A stretch of 64,000 nucleotides of DNA, from assembly GCA_038203875.1 (NCBI GenBank), contig JBBRDN010000001.1:2472-66471 (forward strand), given 5' to 3'. The DNA comes from Verrucomicrobiota bacterium (GTDB lineage: Bacteria; Verrucomicrobiota; Verrucomicrobiia; Limisphaerales; CANJSG01). Positions 8,475 through 16,130 of the stretch are shown here, piece by piece (position 1 is the first letter of the stretch; each line of letters starts with the position of its first letter). The notes beneath the pieces are model-generated. The model had not been told where the DNA came from, searched no databases, and was given only the letters and a program-made list of their open reading frames with translations. Position numbers and translations under genes: made by a program.

Positions 8475-9431
8475 ATGAGTATTCCCTCCCTCCGATCCTC
8501 AGGCCGATGGACCGGCCTTTTCGTTTCCATGGTTGTCGGTCTCATGTTCGGTTTTGCCGGATCTGCAGCCGCGCAGTTGGTCTTTGAGGAATCGTTCACC
8601 TACCCGGACGGCAAGATCGTGGGCGCTCCCGGATCGCCGTGGATCACAAACTACGCGCCGACCAACGAGGCCAGCGTGGTCTCGCGAGCCCTCTACCTGA
8701 CGCAGACTAACCAGGAGAGCATCCGCCGTGACTTTCCCGCAGTGGTCAACTCCGGTGCGCTCTACTCGCGCATGGTGGTCAACTTCTCGGAGTTGCCTCA
8801 AGGCCAGGGAAACTATTCCGCGTTCTTCAGGGTGAGCGGCACGGACAATCTCCGCTGTCGGATCTGGGCCACGACCAACGGCGCGGCCGCCGGCAGGTTC
8901 CGGCTCGGCATTACGACCATCTTCGTCCCGCCCACGATCGTGGAGAGGGATCTGTTCCTCGGCACGAACTACGTCGTGGTCTCGCGCTACGACGTCGCGA
9001 CCTGCCGATCCACCCTTTGGCTCGAGCCGACCGACGAAGGCAACTCCGCAAACCGGGTGGACGACTTCACCAACGTCGGCGCGAGTTCCATTGGGCACTT
9101 CGGTTTCCTCCAAACTGCCTTCTACCAGGCGGGCGCCGGCAACTACATCGGCGCGCTCACCGTGGACGACCTGCGAGTGGGCCGGACGTTCGAGGAGGTG
9201 ATGCAGACGGTGAAGTTCACCTCGGTCACCAACGCCTCCAACGGCACGATAGGCTTCAAGGCCAGCGGTCAGGCCACGACGAACTACACGCTCCAGGCCT
9301 CCACCGACCTTTTCACGACGGACTGGGTGAGCCTCGCGACGAACGCCGCAGGAGCGAACGGCCTCTTCAACCTCTCCGACACTTCGGCCACCAACCATCC
9401 CGCCCGGTTCTACCGCCTGATCAAGCAGTGA
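8475..9431 (+). CDS. Secreted protein of unknown function with C-terminal Ig-like/sorting-type domain
   Basis: Signal peptide MSIPSLRSSGRWTGLFVSMVVGLMFGFAGSAAAQ. The C-terminal ~90 aa are beta-rich and end in ARFYRLIKQ. Confidence 0.65.
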   Translation: MSIPSLRSSGRWTGLFVSMVVGLMFGFAGSAAAQLVFEESFTYPDGKIVGAPGSPWITNYAPTNEASVVSRALYLTQTNQESIRRDFPAVVNSGALYSRMVVNFSELPQGQGNYSAFFRVSGTDNLRCRIWATTNGAAAGRFRLGITTIFVPPTIVERDLFLGTNYVVVSRYDVATCRSTLWLEPTDEGNSANRVDDFTNVGASSIGHFGFLQTAFYQAGAGNYIGALTVDDLRVGRTFEEVMQTVKFTSVTNASNGTIGFKASGQATTNYTLQASTDLFTTDWVSLATNAAGANGLFNLSDTSATNHPARFYRLIKQ

Positions 9432-9643
9432 GCCGGGAGCCGAGTTGGCTTGCGCCGGTCGCCTTGTGCCCCGCGTCGCCGGCGGTGAAGAGATTCGCCG
9501 GGTCCATGGTGACTTCGGATCCGGTGGACCGATCTCGTCCACCAGCCTTCCCGCCTTCAACGCCGAGTCGACCACTTGGCTGACCTCAGGTTGCTCTCCG
9601 GGGACCTCTTCCGGCTGACGCGCGATGGCCGCGCCCCTAACCT

Positions 9644-9747
9644 GCAAGCTGAAGGAACGCGGCGACGAATTCCGGCCCGGCCCCGACTACATCCGCCAAT
9701 GGGGCTACACCGTGAACGCCAACGGGACGGTGCCGTATGCGAACTGA
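9644..9747 (+). pseudogene. Orphan 3'-terminal fragment of the sulfatase gene (duplicate of 8236..8339)
   Basis: Four mismatches over 106 nt against the intact copy, including stop TAA->TGA. It encodes ...KLKERGDEFRPGPDYIRQWGYTVNANGTVPYAN but has no upstream coding continuation. Confidence 0.8.
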
Positions 9748-9975
9748 TGATCCGGTGGTGCCGTGTCGTTTGGGGACCTGCTTTTGTTTCGGGTGGCGCA
9801 GGCCTCCGGCCTGTTCATTCCGGCGTCCTCGCCGGAAAGCGTTGAGCGTGTCACCTAGCTCCGCGAGGCTGGCGCCTCGGCTTTATGAACGCTCTGGTTT
9901 CAAGCGGATGCTTCAAACTGTTCCCGGCGCGACGCCCGGAACGGCAGGCGTGACGCCTGCGCCACCCACCAACCA

Positions 9976-11604
9976 ATGCCAACTACAATGAAACGACGAC
10001 AGTTCCTCCAACACCTCGGCGTCGCTGGTCTTGCGGCGGCTTCGTTTGGATCAGCAGCCGGTTGCCGCACCGGCGGAAGCGGTGCCACGCCGCGTTGGTC
10101 CGAACTTTCCGTGGCCGAGATCCAGAGGCGCATGGCAGCCGGTTCCCTCACGTCGGAGCAACTGACGAACTACTTCCTCCGCCGGATCGACCAGCTCGAC
10201 CGCAACGGTCCACGCCTCAACTCCGTCATCGAGTTGAATCCCGAGGCCGTCGCCATTGCTCGGGCGCTTGATGACGAACGCCGGACCAAGCGTCCGCGCG
10301 GTCCGCTCCACGGCGTGCCCGTGCTCATCAAGGACAACATCGCCACCCATGACCGGATGCAGACGACGGCGGGTTCGCTGGCTTTGGCCGGGTCCATCGC
10401 GCCGAAGGACGCCTTCATCGTCTCGCGGCTCCGCGCCGCCGGAGCCGTGCTGCTGGGCAAGACGAACCTCAGCGAGTGGGCCAACTTCCGCGGCAACCGG
10501 TCCATCTCCGGCTGGAGCGGACGCGGCGGGCTCACGCGCAATCCGCACATGCTCGACCGCAACACCTCCGGCTCCAGCTCCGGTTCCGGTGCGGCCGTGG
10601 CGGCGGACTTGTGCAGCGTGGCCGTCGGCACGGAGACGGACGGCTCCATCGTCTCGCCCGCGTCCTACTGCGGCATCGTGGGCCTCAAACCCACCGTCGG
10701 CCTCGTCAGCCGCTCGGGCATCATCCCCATCTCGTCCACGCAGGACACCGCCGGACCCATGGCCCGCACCGTGGCCGATGCGGCCGCATTGCTTGGCGCA
10801 ATGACAGGCGTGGATTCCTCGGACGCCGCTTCCGCCAGCTCGAACAGCGCGTTGGCCAAGGAAGACTTCACCCGCTTCCTCGATTCGGCCGCGATGAAGG
10901 GCGCGCGCATCGGCGTTGCCCGGAACTTCTTCGGCTGGCATCGCCGCATCGATGTCGTGATGGAAGCAGCGCTCAAGACGCTCCGCGACCAGGGCGCCGA
11001 ACTTGTCGATCCCGCCAGCCTGCCCGCGCGCACGGCGTTGGGAGACGCGGAATATCAGTTGATGCTCTATGAGTTCAAAGCCGGCTTGAACGCCTACTTC
11101 GCCTCGCTCGGCGATGCCGCGCCCGTGAAGTCGCTCGCGGAACTGATCGCCTTCAACGAACGCCACGCCGACCGCGAGCTGAAGTTCTTCGGCCAGGAGA
11201 CGCTCATCGAAGCGGAGTCAAAAGGGCCGTTGACCGAGGCGCGTTACCTCGAAGCGGTGGCCAAGGCCCGCAAGTGGGCCCGCGAGGACGGCATCGACGC
11301 GCTGATGGACAAACATCGTCTCGACGCCATCGTCGCGCCGACGACCGGTCCCGCGCACGCGACCGAGCTGCTCTCCGGCGATCGTGGACTCGGCGGCAGC
11401 TCGTCCTACGCGGCCGTGGCCGGTTATCCGGCGATCACCTTGCCTGCCGGAACGATCTTCGGACTGCCCATGGGCATCTCCTTTTTCGGCCGCGCCTGGA
11501 GCGAAGGAAAGTTGATCGGCCTGGCCCACGCCTTCGAGTTGGCGTCGAAAGCCCGGCGAACGCCCACGTTCCGGCCATCCTTCGACGAACGGATGGAAGG
11601 TTGA
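9976..11604 (+). CDS. Amidase-signature family amidase, Tat-exported
   Basis: Twin-arginine leader [19 protein letters not shown]. Amidase-signature motifs [12 protein letters not shown] and [13 protein letters not shown]. Confidence 0.9.
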   Translation: MPTTMKRRQFLQHLGVAGLAAASFGSAAGCRTGGSGATPRWSELSVAEIQRRMAAGSLTSEQLTNYFLRRIDQLDRNGPRLNSVIELNPEAVAIARALDDERRTKRPRGPLHGVPVLIKDNIATHDRMQTTAGSLALAGSIAPKDAFIVSRLRAAGAVLLGKTNLSEWANFRGNRSISGWSGRGGLTRNPHMLDRNTSGSSSGSGAAVAADLCSVAVGTETDGSIVSPASYCGIVGLKPTVGLVSRSGIIPISSTQDTAGPMARTVADAAALLGAMTGVDSSDAASASSNSALAKEDFTRFLDSAAMKGARIGVARNFFGWHRRIDVVMEAALKTLRDQGAELVDPASLPARTALGDAEYQLMLYEFKAGLNAYFASLGDAAPVKSLAELIAFNERHADRELKFFGQETLIEAESKGPLTEARYLEAVAKARKWAREDGIDALMDKHRLDAIVAPTTGPAHATELLSGDRGLGGSSSYAAVAGYPAITLPAGTIFGLPMGISFFGRAWSEGKLIGLAHAFELASKARRTPTFRPSFDERMEG

Positions 11605-11660
11605 CCGGCGCAGGCTGGGTTACGGGTGGCCACCCTCGGCGCCCGGCGAGGAGGGGTTCA

Positions 11661-11686
11661 TCCGCGAAGGGCGCGAAGGACGCCAA
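11661..11686. repeat. Dispersed intergenic repeat (inverted copy at 14369..14395)
   Basis: TCCGCGAAGGGCGCGAAGGACGCCAA versus the reverse complement of 14369..14395, TCCGCGAAGAGCGCCAAAGAACGCGAA. 21 of 26 positions are identical. Confidence 0.4.
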
Positions 11687-11927
11687 TAAAAGCGGCGTAG
11701 CAGCGCACGCCTTCCAGCCGCTCAGCGACTTTCGGACGAGGCCTTTGTTTCCGCCAGGTTTTGGACTGCGTCGGTGCTCCGACGCTTTGGGCTTCGATCT
11801 TCTTTCGGCCTTTGGCCTTCGCGTTTCGTCATTCTCGAAGGCGTCCCATCTCGACGAACCCGCTTCCACGCCTATGCTCGCCGCCGCTGCCGGGGCTGTC
11901 GGCTTTGTGCGGCGACGAAGTTGAGCC

Positions 11928-13514
11928 GTGATGAATGATGAAACGCTGGGCGGGCGCCTGAAGGCCGCCGTCGAACTGCTGGAAGAGGCCGCACGCAACC
12001 GCGCCATCCTGGCCGTATTGACCGAGGAGGAGCGCGCGCGCTTTCTCCAGGCCGCCGGGCAGATCTACTGCCCCGATCTCGCCGAACGCCGCCGCCTGGT
12101 GAAGGCCAAGGTCCGTATCCAGAAGGCCGAGAAACGCGACCGCGACGACGAGGTCCTTTCGCAGACCGGCATCCGCAAGCTTCGCAGCCAGGCCGTCTTC
12201 ACCACGCCGAATTTCCTCCCGCCCGTCGGCTTCGAGCAGATCGAGATCAGGGACAACCCGGACTTTCGCGAAGTCGTCGAGCCGCAGAACTGCTACATCT
12301 GCAAACAGGACTTCAAGGTCATCCACCACTTCTACGACCAGCTCTGCCCGGCCTGCGCGGAGCTGAACTTCCGCAAGCGCACCGAGTCCGCCGACCTGCG
12401 CGGACGCGTCGCGCTGCTGACCGGCGGCCGGGTGAAGATCGGCTACCAGTCGGGCATCAAGCTGCTGCGGGCCGGGTGCCAGTTGATCGTCACGACGCGG
12501 TTCCCGCGTGATTCCGCCGCGCGTTACGCGATGGAGCCGGACTTCGCCGAATGGGGCCATCGCCTGGAGATCTTCGGCCTCGACCTGCGCCACACGCCGA
12601 GCGTGGAAGCCTTCTGCCGCCATCTGCTGGCCACTCGGGACCGACTCGATTTCATCGTCAACAACGCCTGCCAGACCGTGCGGCGTCCGCCCGATTTCTA
12701 TCAGCACATGATGGAGCTGGAGACGGCGTCGCTCGACACCCTGCCGGAAGACGCCCGCCGTCTGCTCGGCGCCTACGAAGGCCTGCGCGGCTACAACCTG
12801 CTGCCGGATGGTGGTAGCCGCCGAGGTGACGAGGCGGAGTCCACATCGTCGGCAGTCGTTGCGCCTTCTCACGTCGGCGGCCATGGGGTGAACACGGCTT
12901 TGGCCGGCCTCGCGCACGCCGCAGAGCTGTCGCAGGTGCCGCTGTTGCCGGAGGAACTGGAAGCACAGAAGGGTTTGTTCCCCGAGGGTCGGCTCGACCA
13001 GGACCTGCAACAGGTCGACCTGCGTGACCGGAACTCGTGGCGCTTCCTCATGGCCGAAGTGCCCACGGTGGAATTGCTGGAAGTCCAGCTCGTCAACGCC
13101 GTCGCGCCCTTCGTGCTCAACGCCCGGCTCAAGCCGCTCATGCTGCGCACGCCCGAACGCGACAAGCACATCGTCAACGTCTCCGCCGTGGAAGGTCAGT
13201 TCTACCGCAAGTTCAAGACCACGCGGCACCCGCACACGAACATGGCCAAGGCCGCGCTCAACATGATGACGCGCACCGCCGCCGCCGACTACCACGCCGA
13301 CGGCATCCACATGAACGCGGTGGACACGGGCTGGGTGACGGACGAGGACCCGGTGCAGATCGCCGAGCGCAAGGTGAAGGAGCACCGCTTCCATCCGCCC
13401 CTCGACATCGTCGACGGCGCGGCGCGCATCGTCGATCCCATCATCGACGGCATCAACACGGGCCGCCACTTCTGGGGCAAGTTCCTCAAGGACTATGTGG
13501 AGACGGAGTGGTAG
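11928..13514 (+). CDS. SDR-family oxidoreductase with N-terminal zinc-ribbon extension
   Basis: Rossmann motif LLTGGRVKIGYQ and NNAC motif. N-terminal CYICKQ...CPAC. Long insert inside the SDR fold. Confidence 0.8.
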   Translation: MMNDETLGGRLKAAVELLEEAARNRAILAVLTEEERARFLQAAGQIYCPDLAERRRLVKAKVRIQKAEKRDRDDEVLSQTGIRKLRSQAVFTTPNFLPPVGFEQIEIRDNPDFREVVEPQNCYICKQDFKVIHHFYDQLCPACAELNFRKRTESADLRGRVALLTGGRVKIGYQSGIKLLRAGCQLIVTTRFPRDSAARYAMEPDFAEWGHRLEIFGLDLRHTPSVEAFCRHLLATRDRLDFIVNNACQTVRRPPDFYQHMMELETASLDTLPEDARRLLGAYEGLRGYNLLPDGGSRRGDEAESTSSAVVAPSHVGGHGVNTALAGLAHAAELSQVPLLPEELEAQKGLFPEGRLDQDLQQVDLRDRNSWRFLMAEVPTVELLEVQLVNAVAPFVLNARLKPLMLRTPERDKHIVNVSAVEGQFYRKFKTTRHPHTNMAKAALNMMTRTAAADYHADGIHMNAVDTGWVTDEDPVQIAERKVKEHRFHPPLDIVDGAARIVDPIIDGINTGRHFWGKFLKDYVETEW

Positions 13515-13550
13515 CACCGTTGGCGGTTGCGAGACGCTTCATACGGTGTC

Positions 13551-14159
13551 ATGCGTTCCAAAGTGCGGCAGATAAAACATGCATTTCTGGTGCTTCTGGT
13601 TTTCGCAGCTGCAAGCTGCGAACGCACACCGGTAACGAATCCTGTTGAATCGATGAAATCAGAACAGTGGTGGACATACCTTGCAGATTACGACGGTTTC
13701 CCGGGTTCAACCGTGGTGGATCTCGGCCTGAAGCCTCAAGCGCCTGTCCCAGGCCTCCCAACGGTTCTAGTCACAGGCGTAAGCTATGAATCGTCTCCAG
13801 AAAGTTCCGGGCTACCGACTCCTGATGAATTGATCTTTCTCACTAAACTTAGTGCCAAGCGGCTCGCGTTAATCGCCTCAAAATCGAAGGCTGTTTTTGC
13901 CGGAACCTTCACTCACAAGAGCGAGCGATTGGATTACATCTACATCTCTGATTCCACCGGCCTAGAGTCGATTTTGCGGGATTTCTACAAGACGGAATGC
14001 CCGGATCGACGTCCATACATCAACTTGAAGAGCGATCCTCGGTGGGAGGCGTATTTGAGCTTCCTCTTCCCCAACCAGCAGGCGATCGACTTCTACCGAG
14101 CCGAATCAGAGCGTGAAAATGAACGCCGACGCCGTGAGGCGACTTCCAAAGGCCGGTAG
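13551..14159 (+). CDS. DUF695-like protein with lipoprotein-type leader
   Basis: MRSKVRQIKHAFLVLLVFAAASC leader, then a WWTYLADYDGFPGSTVVDLGL...LPTVLVTGVSY pattern typical of DUF695. Markedly AT-richer than its neighbours. Alternative starts at 13527 and 13653. Confidence 0.6.
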   Translation: MRSKVRQIKHAFLVLLVFAAASCERTPVTNPVESMKSEQWWTYLADYDGFPGSTVVDLGLKPQAPVPGLPTVLVTGVSYESSPESSGLPTPDELIFLTKLSAKRLALIASKSKAVFAGTFTHKSERLDYIYISDSTGLESILRDFYKTECPDRRPYINLKSDPRWEAYLSFLFPNQQAIDFYRAESERENERRRREATSKGR

Positions 14160-14314
14160 GGCGAAGGCTCCCGCCGAGCCGCCTCATATCTTTGTCGAAT
14201 CAAGGCAGGCTACGGCGGCATCTCCCTACGCTTGGGTCAGCCAAAGGCTTCCCACGAGGAACCGCGTGTCAGGTGAACACCTCTGGAAGGCTCGGCGGGA
14301 GCCTTCGCCCTACC
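14155..14314. repeat. MITE/REP-like element with 26-bp perfect terminal inverted repeats
   Basis: GGTAGGGCGAAGGCTCCCGCCGAGCC (14155..14180) and its exact reverse complement at 14289..14314, separated by 108 nt. The left arm overlaps the stop codon of the DUF695-like ORF. Confidence 0.5.
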
Positions 14315-14484
14315 GTTCCAGTTGTTCGTTGTGCGTCTGCTTTGTCCGTGACTTCTGCGGTCCATCTCTTCGCGTTCTTTGGCGCTCTTCGCGGACGAGA
14401 TGGTCCCGGCCTCTCAATGCGGCGGGGCTGCTCGGCTCCAGCGGAGCCGCCTGTTTATTAGCCACGTCGGCAAACAAGAGCCCC

Positions 14485-14532
14485 CCAAGCTCCGTAGGAG
14501 CGGCCTCGATAGGTCGCTCCTACGGAGCTTGG
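14485..14532. repeat. 18-bp perfect-stem hairpin (REP-like)
   Basis: CCAAGCTCCGTAGGAGCG, then a 12-nt loop, then CGCTCCTACGGAGCTTGG. Confidence 0.5.
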
Positions 14533-14775
14533 CGGGAACCAGGTTTGCGGTTGCTTTAAACAGGACGGCCTACGGGCCTGAGCTGTGGGGGATTTCCCAG
14601 AAAGAACCAGGTTGTCAGGCGAATGCCCGGGCCGCTCGGCCGGAGCTATTGCCGCACAGCTTGCCCTTCCGCATCGAGTGCTCGTGATGCTCCGGTCATG
14701 TCCGCGCCTTTGGCGGTTCAGATTTCTCCCAAGTCGAAAGCCCGCGTTGACTTCCTCGGCCGAGGCCAACATTTT

Positions 14776-14959
14776 CCGCCGGTCAGAATCATGAACCGCC
14801 ACCGCGCCAATTCCGTCATCGTATGCAGCCGACCCCAGGCTGCTTGGATGGCCATTGCCATGAAGTGGGCTGCCAAGCGTGCAGTCCCCGGCGGTAGTTG
14901 ATCTCGAACTAAAAACGATTTCACCAAACCCGCCGGAAACACCGGCGGGTTTCTTTTTT
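14776..14959 (+). promoter_or_regulatory. Candidate transcription-attenuation leader (riboswitch-like or leader-peptide type) upstream of an EamA transporter
   Basis: Four mutually exclusive GC-rich segments: 1 = CCGCCGG (14776), 2 = CCGGCGG (14888), 3 = CCCGCCGG (14929), 4 = CCGGCGGG (14942). Segments 3 and 4 form the terminator. Segments 1:2 or 2:3 are alternative pairings. Confidence 0.4.
14926..14959 (+). terminator. Rho-independent terminator
   Basis: AAACCCGCCGG-AAACA-CCGGCGGGTTT followed by CTTTTTTC, 30 nt upstream of the EamA start codon. Confidence 0.65.
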
Positions 14960-14988
14960 CCCGTCGGCGCCACGGCACTCCAAACGAC

Positions 14989-15921
14989 ATGAGCAGCGCC
15001 AGCAACGACACAGCGAACCCGGTCCGGACCTTCACGCGGGGAGCGGAGGTCTTCCACTTCGGCTCGGTCTACCTCATCTGGGGGTCGACCTACCTCGCCA
15101 TCCGCGTGGCCGTGGAGACGATGCCGCCGTTCCTGATGGCCGGGACGCGGTTCCTCTTCGCTGGCATCTGCCTCTTCCTCTGGCTGAAAATGCGCGGGGC
15201 CGCCTGGCCGAAGGCGGTGCACTGGAGATCGTCGGCCATCATCGGAACCCTGCTGCTATTGGGCGGGAACGGCATGGTGTGCTGGGCGGAACAGTATGTG
15301 CCCTCGGGCATCGCCGCGCTGATGGTGGCCACCCAGCCGATCTGGTTCATGCTCTTCGACGCGATGCGCCCCGGCGGAGCGCGGCCGACGTTGTTGGGAA
15401 TCCTCGGACTGCTCGTCGGCTTCTCCGGCGTGGTCATCCTCGCGACGGGACGTTCGATGGGCGGAGCGGAACTGCCGATCGCGGGAATCCTCGGACTGCT
15501 GGTGGGCTGCCTGTGTTGGTCCGGCGGCTCTGTTTTCGGCAAACAACTGGAGCGCCCACCTTCACCCTTGATGGGAAGCGCGCTCCAGATGGTCTGCGGC
15601 GGCGCGGCGTTGACGCTGGTGGCGGTGTTGCGGGGAGAACCGGCGTCGGTGCGGTGGGACGCGCTCTCGAGCCATTCGCTGATGGCCTGGGTCTATCTCG
15701 TGGTCTTCGGATCTTGGATCGCGTTCGGCTCCTACGTGTGGCTGCTGGAGCACGTGGCGGCGGCCAAAGTCGCGACCTACGCGTATGTGAACCCTGCCAT
15801 CGCCGTGCTGCTCGGGTGGCTGTTCGTGGGCGAACCGTTCACGCTGCGCACCTTGCTGGCGATGGCGGTGATCCTAGGCGGCGTGTTGATCGTGCAATGG
15901 CCCCGGGCGAAGAAGGGCTAG
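14989..15921 (+). CDS. EamA/DMT-family transporter
   Basis: 310 aa with ten predicted TM helices and two EamA-like halves (FGSVYLIWGSTYLAIR...; ...VYLVVFGSWIAFGSYVWLL). Confidence 0.85.
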   Translation: MSSASNDTANPVRTFTRGAEVFHFGSVYLIWGSTYLAIRVAVETMPPFLMAGTRFLFAGICLFLWLKMRGAAWPKAVHWRSSAIIGTLLLLGGNGMVCWAEQYVPSGIAALMVATQPIWFMLFDAMRPGGARPTLLGILGLLVGFSGVVILATGRSMGGAELPIAGILGLLVGCLCWSGGSVFGKQLERPPSPLMGSALQMVCGGAALTLVAVLRGEPASVRWDALSSHSLMAWVYLVVFGSWIAFGSYVWLLEHVAAAKVATYAYVNPAIAVLLGWLFVGEPFTLRTLLAMAVILGGVLIVQWPRAKKG

Positions 15922-16130
15922 GCGGTGTTGCCCTTTGTCCCCGGCCGCGTTACCGGCGGGGCACTTCGCGGTGCCGATGCCGGACAGGTTCTTCTCGGTG
16001 CGGATGAAGAGCCGGCCCTGCGTCCTGGCGGGCTAGGCTTGGACGTTTTCTCCGAGGGGATTTCTCGCGAGCACACGGAACTCCCTTCGGGCCGCGTCCA
16101 GCATCGCGGCAAGAGCGGTGGATGGAGCTT

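Larger units (their letters stand above)
8342..9643 (+). mobile_element. ~1.3 kb accessory insert bounded by 106-bp direct repeats (8236..8341 and 9644..9749)
   Basis: The segment lies between the intact sulfatase 3' end and a second ~96%-identical copy of that 3' end. It carries one co-oriented secreted-protein ORF. No recombinase is present. Confidence 0.4.

Noticed and set aside
9635-9641. CCCTAAC at the junction before the orphan sulfatase fragment, and isolated GTTAGGT (23502..23508) and GTTAGGC (30507..30513) cores, considered as additional attC sites.
   Set aside because: No complementary inverse core or paired arm lies within 50-140 nt of any of them. Single 7-mers are expected by chance.
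2675-9749. Possible diversity-generating retroelement: a ~100-126 bp near-identical repeat of a gene 3' end could be a TR/VR pair.
   Set aside because: The mismatches between copies are not adenine-specific (c/g, g/c, c/t and t/c changes on either strand). One copy includes the stop codon and is simply a truncated gene end. No reverse transcriptase or accessory gene is present in the window.
14560-14960. Known housekeeping ncRNA (tmRNA, RNase P RNA, SRP/4.5S RNA, 6S RNA) in the long non-coding tract ending at the 14926..14959 terminator.
   Set aside because: I could not find the diagnostic conserved strings: the GGGGCUGA 5' end and tag ORF with tRNA-like 3' end, GGAAAGUCCGG, or GGUCCGGAAGGAAGCAGC. 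6S RNA cannot be excluded or supported by eye.
15922-16130. A 209-bp gap between the convergent EamA and ATPase genes, considered as a gene remnant or small gene (ORF 15918..16112 minus strand).
   Set aside because: All frames give short, low-complexity or interrupted translations without motifs, and no hairpin or repeat is evident. Nothing can be supported.
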